A stretch of 64,000 bases of DNA from Candidatus Nealsonbacteria bacterium (GTDB lineage: Bacteria > Patescibacteriota > Minisyncoccia > Minisyncoccales > CSSED10-335). Positions 21,156 through 30,378 of the stretch are shown piece after piece. How positions within the stretch are numbered: position 1 is the stretch's first letter; every line of letters begins with the position of its first letter. The translations under genes and the position numbers were made by a program. The notes beneath the pieces were generated by a model. That model did no database searches. It was not told the origin of the DNA and worked only from the letters and a program-made list of their open reading frames with translations. The DNA is taken from NCBI GenBank assembly GCA_019923605.1, contig JAHXGM010000001.1, forward strand, positions 398 through 64,397, in the 5' to 3' direction.

Positions 21156-22400
21156 ATGGCAAAAAAAATATACGATATTTTCCCACCACACATTAAGATT
21201 GACGATAGGCTTAATATTAAACAAAAAAAAGAAAAGCCTAGTCGGAATCTTAATATCAGAAAAATCGGAATTATTTTCGGATCATCCTTGTTGTTATTGT
21301 TCCTTGGATACACATTCTTCTTGCGAGTTGATATTATAATTTCTCCAAAAACAGAAGAAGTCAGTTTTAGCGGGAGAATAGAGATAAAAACAGATGCATT
21401 GCAGGTTGATTATCTTTCCAGAATAATTCCTGGCAAATTAATTGAAGTTGAGAAGGAAAAATCTAAGACTTTTTCTTCTACGGGATATGATACTGAAGAG
21501 AAAAGTGCAGAGGGGGTGTTACGAGTCTACAATAACCACTCTTCTTTGCCTCAAATATTAGTGGCTGAAACTAGATTTGTTTCTTCTGATGGTAAGTTGT
21601 TTAGGTCTTTGGAAAGAATTTCTGTTCCCGGAAGAACTCAATTGGGGGCTGGCCATATAGATGTCCGAGTTCGAGCTGCAGAGCCTGGTGAAGATTATAA
21701 TATAGATCGCACGGTTAAATTTTCTATACCCGGATTGCAAGGAACCCCAATGTTCACTTCTGTTTATGCGGAAAACCTTAATCCAATTACTGGAGGATTT
21801 ATTGGTAGGCTCCCTAAGATAACTCAAGAAGATGTAGATGGAGCTCGCTCAATTTTAATTTCAGATATTTTAGCTGAAGTAAAAAATAATATAGCTAACA
21901 ACTCTCAAAATCTTGTATTAATAGATACTCTTATTGCTGAAGATATGTTGCAAGAAACAATAAGTCCTGGCGTAGGAGAAAACTATGAATCGTTTAATTA
22001 TAGTATTAAAATTAAAGCAAAAGCACTTGCCTATGATGCGTCTGATTTAGAAGATTTAATAAATGAGTTTTTACTGGAACAAGTTCCTGATCGCGACCTT
22101 ACAGGGGAGCTTCTTTTTTCAGAGAAAAAGATATGGAATAATCCGGAATTATCTTATGATGTCATATCTATAAGTGAAGCGGGGGCGATTATTTTTGTTG
22201 AAACTTCCGGAATTGCTTACCCTGAAATTGAGAAAATGGCTTTCAAAAGAGAGGTGAGTGGAAAGAGTTTAGAGGAGATAAGAATGATACTTTCTGATAA
22301 TCCAAGAATATTAACATTCAGCGTAAACGTCCGTCCTTCGTGGATCAAAAATGCTCCAAGTATTGATAAAATAAACCTAAGGATCCAAATCAATAATTAG
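21156..22400 (+). CDS. Hypothetical membrane-anchored protein (one N-terminal TM helix, 414 aa)
   Basis: Hydrophobic stretch IGIIFGSSLLLLFLGYTFF with no recognisable catalytic motif. Consistent coding frame between alaS and infA. Confidence 0.6.
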   Translation: MAKKIYDIFPPHIKIDDRLNIKQKKEKPSRNLNIRKIGIIFGSSLLLLFLGYTFFLRVDIIISPKTEEVSFSGRIEIKTDALQVDYLSRIIPGKLIEVEKEKSKTFSSTGYDTEEKSAEGVLRVYNNHSSLPQILVAETRFVSSDGKLFRSLERISVPGRTQLGAGHIDVRVRAAEPGEDYNIDRTVKFSIPGLQGTPMFTSVYAENLNPITGGFIGRLPKITQEDVDGARSILISDILAEVKNNIANNSQNLVLIDTLIAEDMLQETISPGVGENYESFNYSIKIKAKALAYDASDLEDLINEFLLEQVPDRDLTGELLFSEKKIWNNPELSYDVISISEAGAIIFVETSGIAYPEIEKMAFKREVSGKSLEEIRMILSDNPRILTFSVNVRPSWIKNAPSIDKINLRIQINN

Positions 22401-22446
22401 TTTCTTGACTAAACTAAAAGTTTCTGGTATCTTTAGTAATCATTAA

Positions 22447-22671
22447 ATGAATACAAAAAAAGAAGCTCTACAAAAGACTGGAATAGTGGTGGAATCGTTG
22501 CCAAATGCTCATTTCAAGATAAAATTAGATGATGAAGAAAGGGAAGTTATTGGTCATCTTGCTGGAAAAATGAGAATGCATCGGATAAGGGTATTGCCAG
22601 GCGATAAAGTAACATTAGAGATGAGTGCTCCAACTGATACTAGAGGGAGGATTGTGTATAGAAAGAAGTAA
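22447..22671 (+). CDS. infA: Translation initiation factor IF-1
   Basis: 74 aa with an S1-like OB fold ([40 protein letters not shown]). Confidence 0.93.
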   Translation: MNTKKEALQKTGIVVESLPNAHFKIKLDDEEREVIGHLAGKMRMHRIRVLPGDKVTLEMSAPTDTRGRIVYRKK

Positions 22672-22694
22672 TTATATCTTATTTAATATATAAA

Positions 22695-22808
22695 ATGAAA
22701 GTCCGTTCTTCAGTTAAGCAAATTTGTAAAGACTGTAAAGTTGTCCGACGAAAAGGCCGGGTTTACGTGATTTGTATTATTAAAAAACATAAGCAAAGAC
22801 AAGGATAA
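22695..22808 (+). CDS. rpmJ: 50S ribosomal protein L36
   Basis: Not in the ORF track. Translating ATG at 22695 gives [37 protein letters not shown] (37 aa) with the L36 zinc-ribbon C..C...C..H pattern, at the canonical position between infA and rpsM. Confidence 0.85.
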   Translation: MKVRSSVKQICKDCKVVRRKGRVYVICIIKKHKQRQG

Positions 22809-22810
22809 AT

Positions 22811-23200
22811 ATGCCAAGAATCGCAGGTGTTAACATTCCCGAAAACAAAAGAATACTTATATCTCTAACCTATATCTATGGGCTTGGTTCGGTTGTAACT
22901 AAGAATATATTAGATGAGATCAAGATTGATGGTAATAGAAAAGCATCAGATCTTACTCAAGATGAGATTAAGAAGTTGAAAGATTTGATTGAAAAGAAAT
23001 ATAGAGTGGAGGGGGACCTAAGAAGAGACATAATGATGAATATTAAAAGGTTAAGAGAGGTTGGATCTTATAGAGGATCTCGACACATTAAAAAATTACC
23101 TGCAAGAGGTCAACGAACTAAGACCAATAGCCGAACTATTAGAGGAAATGTAAGAAGAACCGTGGGCTCCGGAAAAAAAGGTGCTCCAGCTCCTAAATAA
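22811..23200 (+). CDS. rpsM: 30S ribosomal protein S13
   Basis: MPRIAGVNIPENKR is an S13 N-terminus. Confidence 0.94.
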   Translation: MPRIAGVNIPENKRILISLTYIYGLGSVVTKNILDEIKIDGNRKASDLTQDEIKKLKDLIEKKYRVEGDLRRDIMMNIKRLREVGSYRGSRHIKKLPARGQRTKTNSRTIRGNVRRTVGSGKKGAPAPK

Positions 23201-23208
23201 ATTGTAAT

Positions 23209-23658
23209 ATGGGCAAAAAACGAATTGCAGAAAAAACTAAAGAAGAATTACAGGCTGAGCGCGAGCAGTTAGACAAGGTAATGAAAACGGACGCCAAGGG
23301 TAAATCAAAGGGTATAAGAGAGGGAAGAGTTTATATTTCCTGTTCTTATAACAATACTTTACTTACTCTTGCCGATGGTCAAGGCAATGTTCTTGGCTGG
23401 GCGAGTTCTGGTAATATCGGATTTAAAGGTAGCAAAAAAGCAACACCTTTCGCAGCCTCTAAAGTAGCTGATGTTATTTCTCAGAAAGCTCAAAAGATTG
23501 GAATCGAAAAAATATCAATATTTATTAAAGGAATAGGTGGCGGAAGGGATTCTTCTATCAGGTCATTAGCTGCACGAGGATTTGATATCATTTCAATAAA
23601 AGATGTCACTCCGATCCCTCACAATGGATGTAGACCGCCTAAAGCAAGAAGAGTATAG
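23209..23658 (+). CDS. rpsK: 30S ribosomal protein S11
   Basis: S11 core (GRVYISCSYNNTLLTLADGQGNVLGWASSG). Confidence 0.94.
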   Translation: MGKKRIAEKTKEELQAEREQLDKVMKTDAKGKSKGIREGRVYISCSYNNTLLTLADGQGNVLGWASSGNIGFKGSKKATPFAASKVADVISQKAQKIGIEKISIFIKGIGGGRDSSIRSLAARGFDIISIKDVTPIPHNGCRPPKARRV

Positions 23659-23666
23659 TAAAAAAT

Positions 23667-24296
23667 ATGACAACAGAACAATGTAAAATTTGCAGAAGAC
23701 AGGGAATTAAACTTTTTTTAAAAGGAGAGCGTTGCTACGGACAAAAATGCGGTATTGTTAAAAGAAATTATCCACCTGGAATAAGATCTAAGAGAAGAGG
23801 AAAAAAGATCTCCGAATACGGAAGGGCTTTGATGGAGAAGCAAAAAATGAGACATTGGTATAATTTAAGTGAGTCTCAATTCTCTAAATATGTAAAAAAT
23901 ATTCTTGATAAGAAAGAAAGATCTGAGGGAGCAGGGGACTTGCTAGTCAAAAGAATAGAGAGTCGTTTAGATAATATTATTTTCAGACTAGGATTTACCT
24001 TATCACATCGTGATGCAAGACAAATGGTTAATCATGGACATTTTATGGTTAACGGACGAAAGGTAGACATCCCTTCTTATGAAGTTAAGAAAGGAGATGA
24101 AATAGAGGTTAAAGCCGGATCAAAGAAAAAGAAGGAGTTTGAAGATATTAAAGCATCTCTTAAGAATTTTACTCCTCCAGTATGGCTTTCTCTTGATAAA
24201 GAAGGAATGAAGGTAAAAGTCCTTAGTCTTCCTACTGAAGAAGAAGCTAATGTTCCAGTTGAGACAACTGTTGTATTTGAATTTTATTCTAAATAA
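23667..24296 (+). CDS. rpsD: 30S ribosomal protein S4
   Basis: N-terminal Cys cluster (CKICRR...CYGQKC) and S4 domain. Confidence 0.92.
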   Translation: MTTEQCKICRRQGIKLFLKGERCYGQKCGIVKRNYPPGIRSKRRGKKISEYGRALMEKQKMRHWYNLSESQFSKYVKNILDKKERSEGAGDLLVKRIESRLDNIIFRLGFTLSHRDARQMVNHGHFMVNGRKVDIPSYEVKKGDEIEVKAGSKKKKEFEDIKASLKNFTPPVWLSLDKEGMKVKVLSLPTEEEANVPVETTVVFEFYSK

Positions 24297-24325
24297 GAAT
24301 TAATTAATTTAATCATAATTTATCT

Positions 24326-25261
24326 ATGATATCCTTACCTTCCAAACCAAAGGTTACGCAAAAAAAAGAAAATACAGCTGTTTTTGAAATTGAAGGATTG
24401 TATCCTGGTTTTGGGGTTACAATAGGAAGTAGCTTAAGGAGGGTTCTTTTCTCATCTCTTGAAGGAGCAGCTGTAACTCAGATAAAGATAGAGGGAGTTC
24501 AACATGAATTTTCTACTCTCCCTGGAGTCTTAGAAGACGTTATAACCATCATTTTAAACATTAAACAGCTTAGATTTAAAGTTCATGGAGACGAGCCTCA
24601 AAAGGCATTTTTGAAGGTTACAGGAGATAAAGAGGTCAAGGGTTCTGATATAGAATTGCCCACACAAGTTGAATTGGCTAGTAAAGACATTCATATTGCC
24701 ACATTAACTGACAAGAAAGCTAGTTTAAACATTAAATTCCAGATTGAGAAAGGATTGGGATATGTTACCGCAGAACAAGACAAAAGAGAGAAGCTTGAAG
24801 TAGGTGAAATATCAATAGATGCAATTTTCACTCCTATTAAAGGTGTTAATTTCAGAGTTGAAAATATGAGAATGGGAAAAAGAACTGACTTTAACAGACT
24901 TTTCCTTGAAATTGAAACAGACGGAACTATTACTCCAGAAAAAGCATTTCATGAAGCTTCAGAAATATTAGTTAAGCACTTTTCTTCGTTTCTAGAAACA
25001 GAAAAAGAAGAAGTCCTTGAAAAAGAAGAAGTCCTTAAGAAAGAAGAGAAAATAAAGGAGGATGACCCTACGAAAATGAAGATAGAAGATTTGGGAATTA
25101 ACCCAAGGGTTTTAAATGTTTTAATAAAGAATAATATCAAGACCGTTGGAGGCCTTTTGCGAAAGAACGAAGAGTCGCTTGTATCTCTTGAAGGAATGGG
25201 GTCAAAAGGAGTAGAGGACATTAAAAAGATCCTTAAAAAACTCGGTCTTGAATTAAAGTAA
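24326..25261 (+). CDS. rpoA: DNA-directed RNA polymerase subunit alpha
   Basis: NTD dimerisation region plus a C-terminal HhH domain (LGINPRVLNVLIKNNIKTVGGL); position between rpsD and rplQ. Confidence 0.9.
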   Translation: MISLPSKPKVTQKKENTAVFEIEGLYPGFGVTIGSSLRRVLFSSLEGAAVTQIKIEGVQHEFSTLPGVLEDVITIILNIKQLRFKVHGDEPQKAFLKVTGDKEVKGSDIELPTQVELASKDIHIATLTDKKASLNIKFQIEKGLGYVTAEQDKREKLEVGEISIDAIFTPIKGVNFRVENMRMGKRTDFNRLFLEIETDGTITPEKAFHEASEILVKHFSSFLETEKEEVLEKEEVLKKEEKIKEDDPTKMKIEDLGINPRVLNVLIKNNIKTVGGLLRKNEESLVSLEGMGSKGVEDIKKILKKLGLELK

Positions 25262-25262
25262 T

Positions 25263-25613
25263 ATGCGCAAATTAAAAAAAGGAAGAATACTTTCAAGAAA
25301 AAGAGATCAACGAAGAGCTCTTTTAAAGTCATTGGGCAGAGCTCTTGTTTTGAATGAACAGATTAAAACGACTGAGGTAAAAGCCAAAGAAGTAGCTGTA
25401 TTTGTAGAGAAGCAAATTACCAAAGCTAAGAAGGGAGACCTTCATTCAAGAAGACTTTTGATTAGATTTTTCTCTGAAGACGTAGCTAAGAAAATGATTG
25501 AAGACCTTGCTCTAAGATACAAGGATAGGCAAGGAGGATATACAAGGATAATTAAGATTGGACCCAGAGCCAGTGATAGCGCCAAGATGGCTTTTATAGA
25601 ATTGGTAAAATAA
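25263..25613 (+). CDS. rplQ: 50S ribosomal protein L17
   Basis: MRKLKKGRILSRKRDQRRALLKSL is an L17 N-terminus. Confidence 0.92.
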   Translation: MRKLKKGRILSRKRDQRRALLKSLGRALVLNEQIKTTEVKAKEVAVFVEKQITKAKKGDLHSRRLLIRFFSEDVAKKMIEDLALRYKDRQGGYTRIIKIGPRASDSAKMAFIELVK

Positions 25614-25617
25614 AATT

Positions 25618-25965
25618 ATGGAACGCAATACTCACACAATAGATGCAAAAGATCAAACTTTAGGCAGACTTGCAACCAAGGTATCTTTATTACTAAGGGG
25701 AAAACAAAAACCTGATTTTGCCCCACATAAAGATGGGGGCGATTTCGTTGTAATTGAAAATGCAGACAAGATAAAGGTTACGGGCAAGAAATATGAGCAA
25801 AAGAAATATTATCGCCACAGTGGTTATTTGGGTGGACTAAAGGAACAGCCTTATTCAAAAGTTTTTATTAAAAATCCGGGAGAGGTATTAAAGAAAGCTG
25901 TTTGGGGCATGCTTCCAAAGAATAAATTACGAGCCCAAATAATTAAAAGGTTAAAAGTAAAATAA
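25618..25965 (+). CDS. rplM: 50S ribosomal protein L13
   Basis: L13 motifs (IDAKDQTLGRLAT..., GDFVVIENADKI). Confidence 0.92.
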   Translation: MERNTHTIDAKDQTLGRLATKVSLLLRGKQKPDFAPHKDGGDFVVIENADKIKVTGKKYEQKKYYRHSGYLGGLKEQPYSKVFIKNPGEVLKKAVWGMLPKNKLRAQIIKRLKVK

Positions 25966-25968
25966 ACT

Positions 25969-26508
25969 ATGGCTAAAGAAGAGACAATTAAAAAAGAAAA
26001 GAAAAAAAAGGCTGAAAAGAAACCTGTGGTCAAGAAAAAACCTGCGGTTAAAAAAAAGGTTGTAGCTGATCCTGTAGCCGAAGAACCAGAAATTGAAGTT
26101 ATTGTTGATGATAAAAAAGATCGATACTTTGAAGCTGTTGGAAGAAGAAAAACTGCTATTGCCAGAGTAAGACTTTATACCAAAGGAAAAAAGGATATTA
26201 CAATTAATGACAAGCCATACGATAAGTATTTCCCAACTAACGAGCTTCAAGAAGATTCAATGTCTGCCCTGAAGAAAATGAAGTGTTTTGATAAGTTCAC
26301 CGTTGTTGTAAAAGTTAAAGGAGGCGGATTAAGTGCTCAATCAGAAGCGGTAAGACACGGAACTTCCAGAGCCCTAGTCCTTTTTAACGAAGAATTTAGA
26401 AAGAGATTAAGAAGAGTGGGATATCTAACAAGGGATCCAAGAGCAAGAGAGAGGAAGAAATTCGGACTTAAGAGAGCAAGAAGAGCTCCTCAATGGAAGA
26501 AGAGATAA
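25969..26508 (+). CDS. rpsI: 30S ribosomal protein S9 with an about 45-aa Lys/Pro/Ala-rich N-terminal extension
   Basis: C-terminal S9 signature (...RDPRARERKKFGLKRARRAPQWKKR). The N-terminus is KKPVVKKKPAVKKK. Confidence 0.9.
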   Translation: MAKEETIKKEKKKKAEKKPVVKKKPAVKKKVVADPVAEEPEIEVIVDDKKDRYFEAVGRRKTAIARVRLYTKGKKDITINDKPYDKYFPTNELQEDSMSALKKMKCFDKFTVVVKVKGGGLSAQSEAVRHGTSRALVLFNEEFRKRLRRVGYLTRDPRARERKKFGLKRARRAPQWKKR

Positions 26509-26522
26509 TATTAAAGAGAATT

Positions 26523-26548
26523 AAAAACCCGGTATAACCGGGTTTTTT
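26523..26548. terminator. Bidirectional rho-independent terminator after rpsI and the convergent gene
   Basis: AAAAA-CCCGGT-ATA-ACCGGG-TTTTTT: a 6-bp GC-rich stem flanked by A and T tracts, between convergent genes. Confidence 0.75.
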
Positions 26549-26549
26549 G

Positions 26550-27887
26550 TTATGGTATCAATCTTTTAGAAACAAGAAGGTCAGAACCCCTTAATAGATA
26601 AACTTTTTTGTCATTAAAGTTGAAGTATATTTTAGAGTTTTCTATTACATCCAAGTTAACTAGGTTTATATGATCCCTGTCATCAATTTCAATAATCCTT
26701 ATTTCTGAATCTATATTAAATATTAGATAGTGAGATGTATACCAGTAGATATCATTTATTTCACCCGAAAATCTTGTTAGGAAAACATTATCTCCACGAT
26801 TTCTTTGAGGTTGATCAATCACTTCTGTTAAAAAGAGCACTCGGATCTCATGGTTATTGTAATTTAATATTTTCCCCCCATCAGGAGATAGTATTGGGTC
26901 AAAAGGGGACTCAAAAACTTCTACGAATTCTTGATTATCAAGAAGATAGAAAGTTTCATTTTCTCTTATCATTACTTCAGGACCTAAGAAGTATATTTTA
27001 TAGTTATTGTTTTCATCAACAACTAGTGGGATTCTGTTTATTTGCCTATAATCTTCTTCTATGCCAATGTTAATGAATCCATCGGGAGACATCCAGACAA
27101 TACTATCGCCCCATAGATTATAAGTAATTACTTCTTCTAGTATAAGTTCAATTTCTAGTGTAACAAGATCATAAAAGAAAATATTATTTTCATTTAAAAA
27201 TATTATCTTTCGATCATTTTGAGGGTGCATGATTAGATTTTTTGCTGCTTGGGGAACATTAATTAGGGATGGTTCGATGGATTGAGTGATATCAATTAAG
27301 TAATATCCCTTGTCTGTATGTAATATTAATTTATTCCAGCGTTGAGAGAAGTTGAAGTCAATAATTTCAATATCTTCATTAGCAGAGAATATGGTTCTTT
27401 CCTGGCCTGTTCTTATATCATAGATATTGAGATTGTTTCCAATCTTCAATATCAGTGAGTTCTTCTCTGGTAAGGGAAAGAAATTATTAACATCACTTTT
27501 GAGAGTAATAAATTCTGGATTTTCTGGAACTAAGGTTATATTTTTTATATCAGTTACAAAGCCTTCCCTTATTTCAAGTGATTTTCTCCATGAATGATAA
27601 CCATTTTTTTTAACCTCAATATTATAGCGATTGGGTAGTAAATTTTTAATAAATGCTGTTCCAAAGAAAAAATCAGTTGTTTTTTGAATTATTTTATTAT
27701 TAGCTGGAGAAATGTTAATTTCTGAACTTTTAGGAGATATTCTGAAATAAAAACCTCCTGTTTGCACGATTTTTCTTTCTTGGAAATCAAAGCGATATCC
27801 TTGAGAATAGAAAATAGCAATTGGTCCGATAATTAGAAAAGTTAATAGGAGAGCAAGAAAGAGAATGAATCGTTGTTTTTTAGTCAT
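26550..27887 (-). CDS. Hypothetical membrane-anchored protein, possibly a PD40/TolB-like beta-propeller
   Basis: N-terminal TM (FILFLALLLTFLIIGPIAIF) and recurring SPDG motifs (WMSPDGF, LSPDGGKIL); 445 aa. Confidence 0.5.
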   Translation of the reverse strand: MTKKQRFILFLALLLTFLIIGPIAIFYSQGYRFDFQERKIVQTGGFYFRISPKSSEINISPANNKIIQKTTDFFFGTAFIKNLLPNRYNIEVKKNGYHSWRKSLEIREGFVTDIKNITLVPENPEFITLKSDVNNFFPLPEKNSLILKIGNNLNIYDIRTGQERTIFSANEDIEIIDFNFSQRWNKLILHTDKGYYLIDITQSIEPSLINVPQAAKNLIMHPQNDRKIIFLNENNIFFYDLVTLEIELILEEVITYNLWGDSIVWMSPDGFINIGIEEDYRQINRIPLVVDENNNYKIYFLGPEVMIRENETFYLLDNQEFVEVFESPFDPILSPDGGKILNYNNHEIRVLFLTEVIDQPQRNRGDNVFLTRFSGEINDIYWYTSHYLIFNIDSEIRIIEIDDRDHINLVNLDVIENSKIYFNFNDKKVYLLRGSDLLVSKRLIP

Positions 27888-27967
27888 ATGGTGTATTTTA
27901 TATCATTTTTTCGTGCTTGCCAACTTATTAGTTATAAGCTAGTATTAATTTAAAATAATAACAATTT

Positions 27968-29323
27968 ATGTCTGACAAATTTATAATAGAAGGTGGAAAT
28001 CAGTTGCATGGACAAATAGATGTAAAGGGGTCAAAGAACGCAGCAACACCAATCATTGCAGCCACACTTTTAACTAAAGAACCATGCATTTTGAGCAACA
28101 TCCCTTTAATAGAGGATGTCTTAAATATGATCAATCTTGTCCAAAGTTTGGGAGCAAAAGTAACTTGGCTAGATGAAAGGAAAGTTAAAATAGAAGCAAA
28201 AGATATAGATCCTAGTAAGATAGATAGGAAGCTAGTTTCTAGGATGAGATCTTCCATTTTAGTCTTGGGGCCATTATTGGCTAGATGTGGATATATTGAA
28301 TTAAATCATCCAGGCGGATGTGTCATTGGAACTAGGTCAGTGAAGACTCATTTAGATGCTTTTGAAGATCTGGGAGCAAAAGTAGAGGTTATTCAAGTTG
28401 GATCTTCTTTTGACCATCCTTATACTGAACCCACCAAATATTCTGAAAAAACAAATCTCTATTCTCTAAAGATTGATAATGATGACGTTGATGGTGGTGA
28501 CATAGTATTAGACGAATTTTCTGTTACCGGTACTGAAAATATACTTATGGCTTGTGCACTATTTCCAAAGAAGCATGTTATTAAAATCGCTGCTTCTGAA
28601 CCCCATGTTCAAGAACTGGTCATGTTTTTAAAGAAGATGGGAGTAAATATTGAAGGTGGTGGGACTAGTACTATTGAAATTTCAGGAAAGAAGAAGTTAT
28701 CTGGAGTAGATCACTTTATATCTTATGATTCAGTTGAGGCTGGAACCTATATCCTTATGGCATCTGCGGTCGGTGGAGAAGTAGAAGTAGGCAATGTCCC
28801 GGTTGAATACATGGATCTCTTTTTTAAGAAATTGAGAGATTTTGGCGCTAATATTGAGATATTAAAAAACGAATCAGTTTTGGTAAAAACTCCTAAGAAT
28901 TTAAGAATAGACAAGATACAAGCTCTTCCTTATCCGGGAATACCAACTGACCTTCAATCAGTTTTTGGAGTTCTTTCTACTCAAGCTCAAGGCCTAACAT
29001 TGATTCACGACCCCTTATATGATGGTCGGTTAAAATATTTAGAAGAATTAAATAAAATGGGAGCAGAGATAATTATCTGCGATCCTCATAGGGCAGTTAT
29101 TAATGGACCCACTGAATTATATGGAACAGAACTTGGGCCATTAGATTTAAGAAGTGGCGCTGCCTTAATAATCGCTGGTCTTTTAGCTAAGGGAAGTACG
29201 GTAATAAGAAATGCTTCCCAAGTAGATAGGGGTTATGAGAAAATTGAGGAAAGACTTCAGAAAATAGGAGCTAACGTTAAAAGAATTAGTCCTGCCCTGG
29301 TCGAAGTTAGTGATAAAAAATAA
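27968..29323 (+). CDS. murA: UDP-N-acetylglucosamine 1-carboxyvinyltransferase
   Basis: N-terminus FIIEGGNQLHGQIDVKGSKNA, catalytic Cys in HPGGCVIGTRS, C-terminus DRGYEKIEERL. Carries an about 25-30 aa insertion relative to the E. coli enzyme. Confidence 0.9.
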   Translation: MSDKFIIEGGNQLHGQIDVKGSKNAATPIIAATLLTKEPCILSNIPLIEDVLNMINLVQSLGAKVTWLDERKVKIEAKDIDPSKIDRKLVSRMRSSILVLGPLLARCGYIELNHPGGCVIGTRSVKTHLDAFEDLGAKVEVIQVGSSFDHPYTEPTKYSEKTNLYSLKIDNDDVDGGDIVLDEFSVTGTENILMACALFPKKHVIKIAASEPHVQELVMFLKKMGVNIEGGGTSTIEISGKKKLSGVDHFISYDSVEAGTYILMASAVGGEVEVGNVPVEYMDLFFKKLRDFGANIEILKNESVLVKTPKNLRIDKIQALPYPGIPTDLQSVFGVLSTQAQGLTLIHDPLYDGRLKYLEELNKMGAEIIICDPHRAVINGPTELYGTELGPLDLRSGAALIIAGLLAKGSTVIRNASQVDRGYEKIEERLQKIGANVKRISPALVEVSDKK

Positions 29324-29366
29324 TCATAGGGCTTTCTTATCTTTTTAAGAAAGTCATTGAAAAAAA

Positions 29367-30374
29367 GTGTGGACAAAAAAAATAGGAATTGATTTAGGAA
29401 CTTGTAACTCATTAGTTTTTATTCCCGGAAAGGGAGTAGTAATGGAAGAGCCATCAGTGGTGGCAGTTTCTGTTACGGAAAACAGAGTTTTAGCTGTGGG
29501 CAAAGAAGCCAAAGAAATGATAGGCAGAACTCCCGATGCTATTAAAGTCTATCGACCACTAAGAGATGGAGTAATAGCTGAATACAGGATTACTGAAGTT
29601 ATGATACGTTATTTCATACAAAAAAATACTAGATATTTTAAATTTTTAAAACCAGAATTGGTTGTTGGTGTTCCAGCTGGGATAACTTCTACTGAAAAAA
29701 GAGCCGTCATTGAAGCAGGAATCTTAGCTGGGGCTAAGGCTGTTTATTTAGCCAAAGAACCAATTTTGGCAGCAATCGGAGCAGGGATACCAATTAATTC
29801 ATGTTCTGGTCATATGATAATTGATATTGGTGGTGGTACTTCTGAAGTAGCAGTTATATCTCTGGGAGGAGTTGTAACATTTGAATCATTAAGAACTGCG
29901 GGCGATAAGATTGACAATGCGATTATTGATTATGTTAAGCGAAAATATAAGCTAGCAATTGGATTACAAACAGCGGAAGATATAAAAATAAAAATTGGGA
30001 CTGCTATTCCAGAGAAGAATGAAATGACTATGGATATTAGAGGGAGGGATTTGGTTTTGGGATTGCCAAGAAATATTACCATTAGTTCCAATGAAGTTGC
30101 TGAAGCGATCTTTGGACCTTTAAGTGAAATAGTAACTACGGTGAGACAAGTTTTAAGAGAAACTCCTCCGGAGCTTTCTGCTGATGTAATGGATAAAGGT
30201 ATGATTATTTCAGGTGGCGGTGCGCTTTTAAGGAATATAGATGTTTTAATTTCTCAAAGCACCGGAGTCCCTTGCTTTATTGCCGAAAATCCATTAGTTT
30301 GTGTGGCCAAAGGAACCGGTTCAATTTTAGATAATCTTGATCTTTATAAAAGAAGTATAATGAGTAAGAAATAA
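29367..30374 (+). CDS. mreB: Rod-shape-determining protein MreB (paralogue 1)
   Basis: Actin-fold phosphate-1 IGIDLGTCNS, DIGGGTSEVAV, MIISGGGALL. Confidence 0.9.
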   Translation: MWTKKIGIDLGTCNSLVFIPGKGVVMEEPSVVAVSVTENRVLAVGKEAKEMIGRTPDAIKVYRPLRDGVIAEYRITEVMIRYFIQKNTRYFKFLKPELVVGVPAGITSTEKRAVIEAGILAGAKAVYLAKEPILAAIGAGIPINSCSGHMIIDIGGGTSEVAVISLGGVVTFESLRTAGDKIDNAIIDYVKRKYKLAIGLQTAEDIKIKIGTAIPEKNEMTMDIRGRDLVLGLPRNITISSNEVAEAIFGPLSEIVTTVRQVLRETPPELSADVMDKGMIISGGGALLRNIDVLISQSTGVPCFIAENPLVCVAKGTGSILDNLDLYKRSIMSKK

Positions 30375-30378
30375 GCTT

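Noticed and set aside
25951-26250. 99-aa minus-strand ORF opposite the S9 N-terminus.
   Set aside because: It is the reverse complement of the Lys-rich (AAA/AAG-rich) S9 extension, which yields Phe/Leu-rich nonsense. No independent support.
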